A stretch of 55,946 nt of DNA from Rhodothermales bacterium (lineage in GTDB: Bacteria > Bacteroidota > Rhodothermia > Rhodothermales > JAHQVL01). Of this stretch, positions 45,928 through 55,946 are shown one piece after another. The notes under the pieces are model-generated. The model was given only the letters and a program-made list of their open reading frames with translations, had not been told where the DNA came from and did no database searches. Made by a program: the position numbers and the translations under genes. Numbering within the stretch: position 1 is the first letter of the stretch; each line of letters starts with the position of its first letter. The stretch covers positions 1-55,946 of the forward strand of contig JBGCEN010000281.1 of NCBI GenBank assembly GCA_045106435.1, written 5' to 3'.

Positions 45928-46036
45928 ATTTATAGCATTTAGATTACGTATGATTCATTCCCTTCGTGTCTAATGCATTGAGGGCTTAGATTTAAGCTGT
46001 TTTACTAATCTCCCTACACCGGGTGCATATTCTCCT

Positions 46037-46606
46037 GTGACAGAAACCACTCCTTCATTTGATGTGCTTGCCGATGGCCTAAAAGCCTCGGACCACGATG
46101 CATATGCGGCATTGTTCAAGCTCATGCATGAACCCTTGTTGCGTTATACGTTTCGTATAACAAGGGACGAGGCGTTGTGTCTGGATATTTTACAGGATGT
46201 CTTCATGAAATTATGGGAGAAGCGGCATCAGTTGGAAATTCGTGTTTCTTTAAAAGCGCTGCTCTATACGATGGCACGCAATCAGGCGCTGAATGCGATA
46301 CGAGGCACGGGTAAAACCATCGAAATTAACCAGATTGATTGCGCAAAACAGCTGGCAATAGCACCGGGAGCTGAAAAAAAACTTGCCGCAAAACAACTGA
46401 ATGCATATTTCAAGTCGTGGATTAATGAGCTACCACCCAGAAGAGCAGAAGCTTTCATTCTGAGCCGGCACCACGACTTCAGCCACCTGGAAATCAGTAA
46501 CATAATGGGATTATCCAAGCGTACCATTGACACGCATATTACCCACGCACTCAGGTTTCTCCGAGAACGCTTTGAAAAGCTCCAAAAACAGGGAATGGAA
46601 TCGTGA
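46037..46606 (+). CDS. ECF sigma-70 factor (FecI/Bacteroidota type)
   Basis: DILQDVFMKLWEKR, LYTMARN; region 4 LPPRRAEAFILSR...EISNIMGLSKRTIDTHI. Confidence 0.93.
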   Translation: MTETTPSFDVLADGLKASDHDAYAALFKLMHEPLLRYTFRITRDEALCLDILQDVFMKLWEKRHQLEIRVSLKALLYTMARNQALNAIRGTGKTIEINQIDCAKQLAIAPGAEKKLAAKQLNAYFKSWINELPPRRAEAFILSRHHDFSHLEISNIMGLSKRTIDTHITHALRFLRERFEKLQKQGMES

Positions 46607-47556
46607 AAAATGCTAACCACATACCTGGTGACCCACGCAAGGAAGCACTTTCCAATGTGCCGCAAGCTGAACAAGGTCATCTGAGCGAGATCTGGGATTT
46701 GGTCGAAAATACCGACGAATCCCCCAGAATCAGCAATGCTGACATCGATCAGGTATGGCAAACGCTTTCTGCCACTACGTTATCCAGTCAGAGCGTCGAG
46801 ACTACAGCTCCAACTCGCACGAAGCTACGTCTCGTTTCCAGCCGGCAAACCTGGATGTCTATTGCAGCAACACTTCTCATTGGTGCGCTAGGTATTGGAT
46901 GGTGGTTACAACCCGTTGCAATGTATGCCCCTGAAGGACAACAACTTGCTGTACATCTACCGGATGGCTCACGAATTGATCTCAACAGTGGCTCCTCTAT
47001 TAAATACCCGCGTCGCTTCAGCGATACGAGGAATGTTTATCTGGATGGAGAAGCCTTTTTTGACATCTCGAAAAGCGAAGTCCCGTTTGTCCTCACCACA
47101 TTTAACGCAAATGTGGAGGTCCTGGGCACCTCCTTTAATGTCAAGGCATGGAAAAACAGCATTGCGCCGGCTACTTCTGTGAGTCTTGCAGAAGGAAGCA
47201 TCAAATTTTCTACAACAGAGTCACCCCAGAATAGCGTATTGCTTGTCCCTGGTGAAACCAGATATGTACCGATCGGCAGTGATCAAATATCGCCGGCAGA
47301 TACAGTCATTCAGCGCTACGCAAGCGCATGGCAGGAAAATGACCTCGTTTTTAGAGATCAATTACTCGGTGTGATTATCGAAGATCTTGAGCGCAAGTTT
47401 GCGATAGACATCAAGCTTCGGAACGAGTCCTTGCTCCAAAAAGAGTTCACCTTCATTTATAGAGAAGCGGAAGCGTCAGATGCAGTTATAAGCAGCTTGT
47501 GTCAGGGACTCGGCCTGAACTACAGTGAAACTTCGAACGGGATTTCTATTTACTAA
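46603..47556 (+). CDS. FecR-family anti-sigma factor / transmembrane signal transducer
   Basis: LPDGSRIDLNSGS, VYLDGEAFF, VLGTSFNV; 4-bp overlap with the sigma factor gene. Confidence 0.92.
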   Translation: MKNANHIPGDPRKEALSNVPQAEQGHLSEIWDLVENTDESPRISNADIDQVWQTLSATTLSSQSVETTAPTRTKLRLVSSRQTWMSIAATLLIGALGIGWWLQPVAMYAPEGQQLAVHLPDGSRIDLNSGSSIKYPRRFSDTRNVYLDGEAFFDISKSEVPFVLTTFNANVEVLGTSFNVKAWKNSIAPATSVSLAEGSIKFSTTESPQNSVLLVPGETRYVPIGSDQISPADTVIQRYASAWQENDLVFRDQLLGVIIEDLERKFAIDIKLRNESLLQKEFTFIYREAEASDAVISSLCQGLGLNYSETSNGISIY

Positions 47557-47610
47557 GGGAGCGTCACATCAACTTTAACGTCTGATATAGATTAATTACA
47601 AGAGGCCTTA

Positions 47611-50415
47611 GTGTTATCCCGGCTACACCCATTTTCCAAATTAGCTTTTCTTCTTTTTTTACTGATCGGACTTTCAAGCCGGTTTGGTGCCGGCGCCTAT
47701 GCGCAAAAAAATGCCACGCCGTTACCGGAAGCCAAATATTCATTTGTCCTTGTACACATTCCTCTCAGCGAGGCTCTAAACGAACTCATCGATAAAACCA
47801 ATATCGATATTTTCTACGAATCGGAGCTCATCCAAGAAAAAACAACGTATTGTAATATTGAAAACGCTTCTGCAAAAGAAGCATTGTCCTGTATTCTTAC
47901 GAGCGCCAAACTTGATTTTTACCAGCAATCTTCAGGGCTCTATGTTATAACACTCCCCAAGCGGGAAGCCCCTCTACATGGAAGCTTGACGGGTATTGTT
48001 GTGGATCTGAATACCAATGAGCCACTCCCCTATGCATCCATCTTTCTCGAAGAAGCATCAACCGGAGCTGCATCTAATATTGAAGGACGGTTTGCTTTTA
48101 GCAGATTAAAGCCAGGTAGATATCGCGTCTATACTTCGCATGTTGCCTATGAAGACAGCGCAGATTCTCTGTACGTAGACCCCGCTGGCCACCATCTGAT
48201 GGAAATCAAGATGGCTCCGAAGACCGTATTGACAACGCCCATCGTGATTAATGGCCTAAACCAGCGGCTCCCGTCAAAAGAATTAAGCGCCGTGCGGATT
48301 TCAGCCGGCGAACTACAAAATGCCCCAGCATCCAGTACTCCATCAACGCTGCAAGCTTTGGATGCTGTCGCGGGTGTTCATGTCGGCGATGCGCTGGCAG
48401 ATGTACACGTTCAGGGAGGTGATTCAGGTGAGCATCAATATCTCCTGGATGATGCCCCGATATTTATACCTATCCGGAATGGCGGATTTTTCGGATCATT
48501 TAGCCCTTTCGCCATCAACCAGGTTACCGTTCATAAAGCCGGCTTTGAAGCACGACACGGAAGTTACCTATCCGGCTCGATTGAGTTTAATCACGACTTG
48601 CAATCCAGCGATGGATCCATTGCGACAATTCAGATTGACCCCTTAAGTCTCAACGGAAGATTGAATGGCAAAATTCGTGAGGAGAAAAACATATCTGCCC
48701 AGTGGATGGTTGCCGGCAGGTTCGGGCTATGGGATGTATTTCAGCCAAATCAGATTGAGCAAAATTTCAGGGACTGGAGCCGGCCCAACACCTTTTTGGC
48801 AAATACACTGACCAGTACAGCTGAGGACCCAACACTAAACCCGGCCAATTTTGCAGATTCACTTCTTCAGATGTCTTTCTCAGATATCCATGCTGCAACA
48901 CGCATTCGATTTGGCCATGCCAGAAGTATCTATGCATCGTTATACAGCGGAAATAATGAGTTTGGCATTGGCACCATTCCGTTCACAGGCATAAGCTTCA
49001 GTGACTCCAGCGGTGCTTCAAGGAGCCTGGATGACGATGACAGGCCGGCTGAGGCTTATAGCTGGTCCAATCGCATGAGCCAGATTCGATACGAATGGGT
49101 GCAGGGGAACAGAACATTTCTCAAAGCCGGCCTGTGGTCCACTAAATACAAACTCAAACACCCATTTGAAGACTCTCCTTTCCTTTCATCTTCACAGCTG
49201 ACAACCAGGACTGATAGCTCATTCACGGAGGAGTTATCTGACGACTTTAATGAGATTCGGGAGTTTGGCATACAACTAGGAATAGACTGGGCACCGAGCG
49301 CCCGTCATATAATTTCTGCAAATGCCCAGCTAATCAACACAGAATCAGAGTTCAGGCTTTCTATAGATCCACTCGCCAGCTCTCTGTCCATCACCGACAG
49401 ACAGTTGCAACCTATTTCCTGGCGGCTTCAATCGTTTGTAGAAGACGCAATTTCTTTGAGCAAGGACACGCGTGTCACCCTGGGATCACGGTTCACCTAT
49501 ATTCCGCTGCAAAAAAGACTCTATGCTGAGCCGAGAATTTCTGTACGACGCGATTTTGTTCGGGAAAATGGGCAAATATGGGCGGTACAATTAGCAGCCG
49601 GCTTGTATCGGCAATTTATCAATCAGTTTGATGTAGCCTCATACAACAGCTCGGCCCTTCTGCCCAGCTTCAGATTCTGGATACCTGTTAATAAAACAAC
49701 GCGTGCATCATCAGCTTACCATACTGCCGCAAGCTTGTTGTTTATTCCCAATGAGTCGGTGCAAATCAACCTGGAAGGCTACTACAAATACCACCCAAAT
49801 CTTACGCTGCTTGATTATACCACGCGCTTGAACAACACGATCGCGCATACCGCCAATAGTTTTCTGCAAAATGCTAGCGGGTACTCGTATGGTCTGGGGC
49901 TTTCACTTGCCTACAAGCTGGATCACTTACACCTGAGAACAAACTATGATTATGCGATTGCACGCAGGAAACAGCGCAATAGATTTGATGACCGATTTGT
50001 ACCTGTGCCCTGGGAAACACCTCACCAGTTGCATGCAATAGTCGATTACACCCTGGTCAATCAACTCACGCTTACCATAAGATGGCAAGGGCTATTTAGT
50101 CGTAGCTGGGGATACAGAAGAGCCTACTACGATTATCTCGAGCCAGACCCCTCTCTTGTAAGTCTGCAAACACTAAACTTATCTGAACCAGAAAACCAGA
50201 AACTGCCAGCATTTACTCAATGGGATCTGGGCATTGCTTACAGCCATCAAATCGGCCATACAGGTATTCAAGGCCGGCTGAACTTTGTCAATGTGTTCAA
50301 TGAATCCAATGTAATAGACTGGATCCTGGTCTCTGACAGTAACGGTAACACAATTCGAGCATCCAGGAAATCCATTGCCTTTTTTCCCTCGGCATCTCTC
50401 AAACTTTCTTTTTAA
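47611..50415 (+). CDS. TonB-dependent receptor/transducer with N-terminal STN-like and carboxypeptidase-regulatory-like domains
   Basis: N-terminal LSEALNEL...IFY; G.VVD..TNEPLPYASI; plug VQGG, YLLDD.PI, KAGFEARHG; terminal F. Confidence 0.88.
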   Translation: MLSRLHPFSKLAFLLFLLIGLSSRFGAGAYAQKNATPLPEAKYSFVLVHIPLSEALNELIDKTNIDIFYESELIQEKTTYCNIENASAKEALSCILTSAKLDFYQQSSGLYVITLPKREAPLHGSLTGIVVDLNTNEPLPYASIFLEEASTGAASNIEGRFAFSRLKPGRYRVYTSHVAYEDSADSLYVDPAGHHLMEIKMAPKTVLTTPIVINGLNQRLPSKELSAVRISAGELQNAPASSTPSTLQALDAVAGVHVGDALADVHVQGGDSGEHQYLLDDAPIFIPIRNGGFFGSFSPFAINQVTVHKAGFEARHGSYLSGSIEFNHDLQSSDGSIATIQIDPLSLNGRLNGKIREEKNISAQWMVAGRFGLWDVFQPNQIEQNFRDWSRPNTFLANTLTSTAEDPTLNPANFADSLLQMSFSDIHAATRIRFGHARSIYASLYSGNNEFGIGTIPFTGISFSDSSGASRSLDDDDRPAEAYSWSNRMSQIRYEWVQGNRTFLKAGLWSTKYKLKHPFEDSPFLSSSQLTTRTDSSFTEELSDDFNEIREFGIQLGIDWAPSARHIISANAQLINTESEFRLSIDPLASSLSITDRQLQPISWRLQSFVEDAISLSKDTRVTLGSRFTYIPLQKRLYAEPRISVRRDFVRENGQIWAVQLAAGLYRQFINQFDVASYNSSALLPSFRFWIPVNKTTRASSAYHTAASLLFIPNESVQINLEGYYKYHPNLTLLDYTTRLNNTIAHTANSFLQNASGYSYGLGLSLAYKLDHLHLRTNYDYAIARRKQRNRFDDRFVPVPWETPHQLHAIVDYTLVNQLTLTIRWQGLFSRSWGYRRAYYDYLEPDPSLVSLQTLNLSEPENQKLPAFTQWDLGIAYSHQIGHTGIQGRLNFVNVFNESNVIDWILVSDSNGNTIRASRKSIAFFPSASLKLSF

Positions 50416-50728
50416 GACCAGACGCTGGCGACATATTCCTGGAAGCCTTGTTGTAAGTTTTTCCCGCCCCTAAATCCATTGCTACATCCATCTATCTATC
50501 AAAAAAACACCAAACCGCCCTCTTGCCTTAATCAGGTTTTTTGCTATCTTGCAGTCCCTCTTATGTTAAAAATGACGTACTACCCCGCTACGTTTTTCGC
50601 CGACGAAATTGGAAATCCGTTAGAATAGGCTTTCTAACACCCCTCCTTTCAATTGCTCAATCTGTGATTAACGTGGCATAAACACGTCAACGTAGTTATT
50701 CTAACCAAACCGTGTGATCTATGCCCTA

Positions 50729-51253
50729 ATGTCGCATAAACATATTACCCGCCTTGATTACCAGAAAACGCATGGCTGGTGGGTGCGTATCCGGCGAAAG
50801 TCGAATCCGTGCTCAAAGTTGTTTTCAGATGGTGTCTTTGGAGGGCGCGACACTGCCTTAGAGGCTGCAATGGCATGGCGTAACGAAAAACTAAGGACTG
50901 CTCCTAAGCAAACCAACCGGACCGCCGAATCGTCGTCAAAGACGATTAAAACAGGCGTCCCAGGCTTATGTGTGAGTTTTGTAGAAGGTGCCAAGCAGAA
51001 TCTGGCCCATTTGCAAGTTTCCGTTCAACGCCATGGCAAACGTACAAGTACCCGTTATTCAATTAGTAAATGGGGACTTCGTGCAGCCCTTTGGAAATCT
51101 TGTGTTGCCCTTGCAAAAGGCTCTATTAAAAACACAGTCACCGCGGAGTCTGCTCGGTCCAATCTTCAAGCTGAGGCTATCTTGTTGTTTGATAAATCAT
51201 ACCCCAAGGTAGCAGAAGCATTAGAAGAAATCGGGTACGAAGTAGACGCCTGA
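50729..51253 (+). CDS. Stand-alone AP2-like DNA-binding domain protein (alternative GTG start 50714)
   Basis: ITRLDYQKTHGWWVRIRR...KLFSDGVFGG..ALEAAMAWR and a second TGVPGL...RYSISKWG segment. Confidence 0.6.
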   Translation: MSHKHITRLDYQKTHGWWVRIRRKSNPCSKLFSDGVFGGRDTALEAAMAWRNEKLRTAPKQTNRTAESSSKTIKTGVPGLCVSFVEGAKQNLAHLQVSVQRHGKRTSTRYSISKWGLRAALWKSCVALAKGSIKNTVTAESARSNLQAEAILLFDKSYPKVAEALEEIGYEVDA

Positions 51254-51287
51254 TGGAATCAAATAGCCTGGCATAATTGACCCACAA

Positions 51288-52523
51288 TTACCCCATGGTA
51301 CTATTCTTTTTCTGACCCACTTGATCAGCTTCTTCCAAAAAAGCTTCGATCTCGTCATGCTGATGCGCAGCATCGTTATAACCAACATCGATGAGATCTT
51401 TCATGTACTCTTTTTGGAATAGAAGCATACTCAGCCAGTCAGGGCTTTTAGTCTCGTCAGATCCGATGCTCATAGTAAACAAACGGAGGGCACCGGAGAA
51501 TTGTGGTTTATATTTTCCAGCTAACTTACCGATGTCCACAGACGGCCTGATCATAAGCAATTTGATCGGACGTAAGCCATTTCGGCTTCGTTCTGGAATT
51601 TGCCGAAGCAGCTCGTTTACGCGCTCAAGGTTTTCGGCATCCTGATCGATCGCATCCAAAAAGATTGCATTCATCAAGATACCGATGATCTGAGCTGCGG
51701 GTGGATATCCTTTAATCGTAGGTACATCCGCTTCTGCTTGTGTGCGTTTATACCGGGTCGAAATCACGAGAATTCGATCAGCACCCATAGTGATCGCCGG
51801 CGAAAGCGGATTTGTTAATCGAACCCCGCCGTCCCCATGCCAGGATCCGTCAATCATTACCGCTGGAAATAGTACCGGAAGTGCAGCAGAAGCCAGAATA
51901 TGATCAACGGTTAACTGTGTTCGAACCCCTACCCTACTTGGACGCACCCACTGCTCGATATTACATCCTTGCACAAACGTTGTAGTTTGGCCTGTCATGT
52001 AATTCGTGGTTGTAACAGCAAACGCCTTCAGCTTTCCTGTGTCGATGTTCTCCTGGACGCCCGTCAGATTCCCTGCTTTGTCTGTTCGAAATTTATCCGC
52101 CAGGTATTGCCTTAATGGCGCAGGATCCAGCAATCCCCGCTGATGCGCCATAGAGGACGTGATGCGCTCTTCATAACTATCTCCATCTTTGTTTTTCATC
52201 AACCGTCTAAAAAAATCGAAGGTTGATTCTGTCTGAAACACGTGATCCAATGATAGGTCTTGCCAACTCTCAACCATCAATTGAGTAGCATCCCTGAAAG
52301 ACCCTGTATGATTTGCGAGATATCCCGTATTGATTGCGCCGGCTGATACCCCTTTCATAATAGAAAAATGCGTATCAGGAAAGGCATCTGAAATATAATC
52401 CAATACCCCAGCCTGATACGCAGCACGTGCACCGCCGCCACTTAATACCAGGCCAATATCTTCCTTCTCTTTTTCCTTAAGACCGAGAAACTCCTGAAAC
52501 TTGTTTATCATCTCATCACGCAT
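51288..52523 (-). CDS. Patatin-like phospholipase
   Basis: SGGGARAAYQAG, GVSAG nucleophile elbow, DGG. Confidence 0.92.
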   Translation of the reverse strand: MRDEMINKFQEFLGLKEKEKEDIGLVLSGGGARAAYQAGVLDYISDAFPDTHFSIMKGVSAGAINTGYLANHTGSFRDATQLMVESWQDLSLDHVFQTESTFDFFRRLMKNKDGDSYEERITSSMAHQRGLLDPAPLRQYLADKFRTDKAGNLTGVQENIDTGKLKAFAVTTTNYMTGQTTTFVQGCNIEQWVRPSRVGVRTQLTVDHILASAALPVLFPAVMIDGSWHGDGGVRLTNPLSPAITMGADRILVISTRYKRTQAEADVPTIKGYPPAAQIIGILMNAIFLDAIDQDAENLERVNELLRQIPERSRNGLRPIKLLMIRPSVDIGKLAGKYKPQFSGALRLFTMSIGSDETKSPDWLSMLLFQKEYMKDLIDVGYNDAAHQHDEIEAFLEEADQVGQKKNSTMG

Positions 52524-52605
52524 ACAATCAAAAATCTATTTCTAATTGGTCGTTACGGCAACCGTCCATTTGTAATCAAATGGCTCTCATGCGTAGATCG
52601 CCATA

Positions 52606-52669
52606 ATTTATTGCAATCCTATTTTAGTGCAATCATATTTTATTGCAATCCTATTTTAATGCAATCATT
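52606..52669. repeat. Four tandem 16-bp units (TTTTATTGCAATCCTA) in a divergent promoter region
   Basis: Units start at ~52606, 52622, 52638 and 52654. Confidence 0.8.
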
Positions 52670-52734
52670 ATCCTGACACATGAGTAACTGAAGCAGGCAT
52701 CAAATTACTTGCCACCGCTTCACAGATGGTCTAA

Positions 52735-53733
52735 TTGAAAAAGCGAACCCCGAAACATACTTTTATGCCGCCACAATCTACAAAGCTTCCACTACACATC
52801 CTCTTTGTATTTATCGATGGCGTAGGCCTTGGCCAAGAACTTCCTGATTTTAATCCATTGAGTCAACTCAAACTGCCGGCTTTTAGCACTTTAGGCAAAA
52901 ATCAACAATGGATCCAGGGTCTCACACCCGTACAAGATGCTGATCATGTTTTCAAGCCTATCGATGCGTGCCTTTCTGTAGATGGCCTCCCTCAAAGCGG
53001 CACAGGACAGGCCACTTTGTTTACTGGAAAGAACTGCGCTAAAATTGCGGGCAGACATTTTGGCCCGTACCCTCATTCCACCTCAAAACCTGTCATCGCA
53101 ACGGATAATATATTCACGCAGGTTCAAAGGGTACTGCCGCATCACCCCGAACCCAATGCTTTTGCCAATGCATATCCGCCTCCATTTTTCAAACACGCTA
53201 CCGCAAGAAACAGGTGGACAGTAACAACCCTTTCTTGCATTGAGGCCGGCATACCGATTAGAAAAGAACCAGAATTGGAACGAGGCCATGCACTCACAGC
53301 TGATATAACCGGCAATGGATGGAAAGAAAAACTTAACATGCCGATTCAATCAATAGATTAATCTGAAGCTGCAAAACGCTTGGCCTCTATAGCAAGCAGT
53401 CATCCATTTACACTCTTCGAATACTATCTAACAGATAAAGCCGGCCATAGCCGCGACATCACTAAAGCATCAACTATTCTGCATTCCCTGGATCGTTTTT
53501 TTGCAGGACTTATGCAGCACATCGACTTCTCACAAACCCTTTTACTTATCACAAGTGATCACGGCAATATTGAAGATCTATCCACTAAATCTCACACGAT
53601 CAATCCCGTACCATTCATTGCACTTGGAAACAGCGCCTCTTATTTCAACGAAGTCCGATCGCTGATGGATGTTACACCTACCCTTGTTGAAACGCTTCGC
53701 AAAGTTAATAGTACATCAACAAGGACCATTTAA
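52735..53733 (+). pseudogene. Alkaline-phosphatase-superfamily metalloenzyme (cofactor-independent phosphoglycerate mutase-like) split by one in-frame TAA at 53359-53361
   Basis: ORFs 52735-53361 (FIDGVG, PQSGTGQ) and 53380-53733 (TDKAGH, TSDHGNIED, SHT.NPVP) share a frame and read ...PIQSID*SEAAKRLASIA... Confidence 0.75.
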
Positions 53734-54018
53734 CGTGTTCCAGAATGCTTTATCTAAGTTCAGTGATAGACTATTTCTTTGGTTGATATATTGTAAGAAC
53801 CTGTCTACAATCTATAGCCCATTAACTGAATCAAGACGTATTTCGTACTTCTCGTACCGATGAACCTCAAAGCTTAACTTATTTTCCTGACAGCGTACTA
53901 GATACTTAATAATACGACTCAGTCCACGAATGCAACGATTGTGAGATACTATTAAGAGATTATTTCGCATCCTTTCTGTCGTGATCAACTCGTTTAATTA
54001 GCCAGGCAGTATTACCAA

Positions 54019-55716
54019 GTGAGATTCAGGTTACCGATTTTTTTCCTTTTTCTTCTCTGCCCGCTTCTTGCAGCGGCTCAATCAGCAGGTACTCAGCTTG
54101 AAAAAGAAGTACAGATTGAGCGTTATGTTGTACAGGCGCTAACCAAGTCCTTTCTTGGGTACCATGAAGAAGCGATTGCTTTATACAAGCAGGCACTAGA
54201 CTTATCTCCTACGTCTTCTACAGTAAATTCGTCTATAGCAGAAGCCTATTCAAAGCTGGAAGACCACTCCTCTGCTGTTTATTACGCAACGCAAGCAAAA
54301 GATTTTTCGCCAGATAACAGTTTCTACCATCACCAATTGGCAGAATTGTATATAGCCTTGGAAGAGGTTGCTTTAGCGGAGAAAATACTCAAAGAGATTA
54401 CCGTCAAATTCCCCGATGACATCGAAGCATTGGAGCAACTTGCTTATCTGCAATTCACAACAGAGCAATACGATAAAGCGCTTATCTCCTACAAAGCCAT
54501 TGAGGGCCGGCTGGGGCCGCAACAACAAACAAGCTATCGACTCCTGCAGATATATTTTGAGATGAATGATGTAGGCGGTATGGAGCAGGCTTTAATAAAT
54601 CTGGAAAAACAGAATCCCTCCAATCTTGCCATCAAACGCAATCTTGCAGAGCTGTATGCGCAAAACAACCGCGAAGACGAAGCGGTCCAGCTTTTAGAAA
54701 TGGCGCTAGCCATGGATTCTTCAGATGTGGAGACGATCGTTCCGCTCGCTCAATTGTATGAAGCGCTTGATGAAAAAGCCAAAGCAGATGCCTTGTGGCA
54801 AAGCACCCTGCAGGTGTCTGGTTCACCGGAAGCTGCCTTTTCCCGTGCCTCACATCTCTACACACGTACAGATGACCACAATGAAACGCTAGACGTAGTT
54901 GTACGGCTACTTGAATACGCCATCGAACAAGATCCTTCATATGCAGAAGCGATCGTCTTACTGGGTACCATTCGTTTTGAAGAAAGCAAGTTCGATGAGG
55001 CCGGCAAACTGCTCTATGAAGCCGTCCAATTAAATCCGCGCAGTCCAGACATCTGGGTGCAGGCCGCGGCGGCATACCTGCGTATCAATCAGCCCAAACG
55101 CGCTGCCGATATTGCGGACGAGGCCCTCATGCTCTTCCCTGGACAAACATCTCTCCTGCGGGTTGCTGCTTATGGCTATATGGATGCCTATCAAAATGAC
55201 CGGTCTATCAAGAAATTTGAAGAGTTCTATACCTTGCTAAAGAACGACTCAGCCCAACATCGCGAACTGCCTGAAATTCTGGCTGCACTTGGTTTGCTTC
55301 ATGCCAGAACAAAGAACTATGCTGCTTCCGACAGCTCCTATGAAAGAGCGCTCGAAATGGCACCTAAAAATGCCTTGGTGCTAAACAACCTTGCCTATAG
55401 CCTGGCTGAAAGAAATAAATCACTAAAGAAAGCGCTCGACTTTGCAAATCAGGCAATCAAGCTGGATCCAGGCAACCCTTCTTATATGGATACAATCGGG
55501 TGGGTTTACTTCAAATTAGACGACTTGAAAAAGGCTGAGCACTGGCTTAAGAGAGCCATCGAAGCCGGCGCAAATTCGGCGACAACGTATGAGCATTTAG
55601 GAGATATCCAGGTCAGACTTGGCAATCATGATGCTGCTCTTGTCTCGTGGAATAAATCACTTCAAATCAATCCTGAGAATCATTTGCTTTTAGAAAAAAT
55701 CAAAAACAACGAATAA
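54019..55716 (+). CDS. Exported tetratricopeptide repeat protein
   Basis: Signal peptide ending AAA-Q; many TPR helices; C-terminal LNNLAYSLAE, YMDTIGWVYFK, EHLGDI. Confidence 0.9.
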   Translation: MRFRLPIFFLFLLCPLLAAAQSAGTQLEKEVQIERYVVQALTKSFLGYHEEAIALYKQALDLSPTSSTVNSSIAEAYSKLEDHSSAVYYATQAKDFSPDNSFYHHQLAELYIALEEVALAEKILKEITVKFPDDIEALEQLAYLQFTTEQYDKALISYKAIEGRLGPQQQTSYRLLQIYFEMNDVGGMEQALINLEKQNPSNLAIKRNLAELYAQNNREDEAVQLLEMALAMDSSDVETIVPLAQLYEALDEKAKADALWQSTLQVSGSPEAAFSRASHLYTRTDDHNETLDVVVRLLEYAIEQDPSYAEAIVLLGTIRFEESKFDEAGKLLYEAVQLNPRSPDIWVQAAAAYLRINQPKRAADIADEALMLFPGQTSLLRVAAYGYMDAYQNDRSIKKFEEFYTLLKNDSAQHRELPEILAALGLLHARTKNYAASDSSYERALEMAPKNALVLNNLAYSLAERNKSLKKALDFANQAIKLDPGNPSYMDTIGWVYFKLDDLKKAEHWLKRAIEAGANSATTYEHLGDIQVRLGNHDAALVSWNKSLQINPENHLLLEKIKNNE

Positions 55717-55946
55717 CTCCAGGGCAATTGCATTTAAAATTGTTCTGAATCTTAATTACTGCTGTGACGCGTTGCTCCGTTGTATAATCGCAATACAGCT
55801 TTATCCACTTTTAACACCCTGTTGAGCAAAAACTTTTGCGCGGGGATATCCCGGCAAATGCGCGGCGTTGTGCGGGGGCTTTTATCGAAGCGTTTAGCCA
55901 GGGACTGAGGCCGGCATGTCATAGCTGTATCTAACGTCGCTGGGTA

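Noticed and set aside
632-55075. The many short overlapping or antisense ORFs in the six-frame track (e.g. 1697-2119, 7479-8003, 29351-29833, 46282-46761, 54632-55075)
   Set aside because: They lie within well-supported genes in other frames and have no recognisable motifs or start signals.
55751-55946. Open minus-strand frame at the window end (YPATLDTAMTCRPQ...HSSN*)
   Set aside because: No recognisable motif and truncated by the window edge; cannot be supported as a gene.
1-55946. tRNA, rRNA, riboswitch or transposase genes
   Set aside because: None recognised by eye in the intergenic regions; a covariance-model scan (tRNAscan-SE, Infernal/Rfam) would be needed to exclude them fully.

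Overview
A ~56 kb window of bacterial chromosome, probably FCB group (Rhodothermota/Bacteroidota-like). This placement is inferred from a T9SS-type C-terminal domain protein, an ECF sigma/FecR/TonB-dependent receptor trio, a long-form NagB and a bifunctional PGI/PMI. Most of the window is housekeeping or envelope genes: mutS, adk, ptsI/ptsH, polyprenyl synthase, nagB, an Omp85/BamB-like/PEGA-like operon, a DUF1553/DUF1501 pair, PQQ-type sugar dehydrogenases, patatin and a TPR protein. The standout is 3.9-9.8 kb, a tandemly duplicated cassette. Each copy has a conserved sigma54-like promoter plus a 5' hairpin, then a lipoprotein S8 subtilase carrying seven 10-aa repeats in its prodomain, then two or three 26-27 aa ORFs absent from the ORF track (consensus M[FL]DY[LI]WD[FL]FFGG-acidic-S(T)[EQ]R[VI]FDR[FY]). 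There are four intact peptide genes and one decayed copy. The peptide C-terminus matches the protease repeat unit (T-x-R-[VI]-[LF]-x-x-[YF]), suggesting a protease/peptide system I cannot assign to any family I know. No rRNA, tRNA, CRISPR array or transposase was recognised. All calls come from reading the sequence; no database searches were run.
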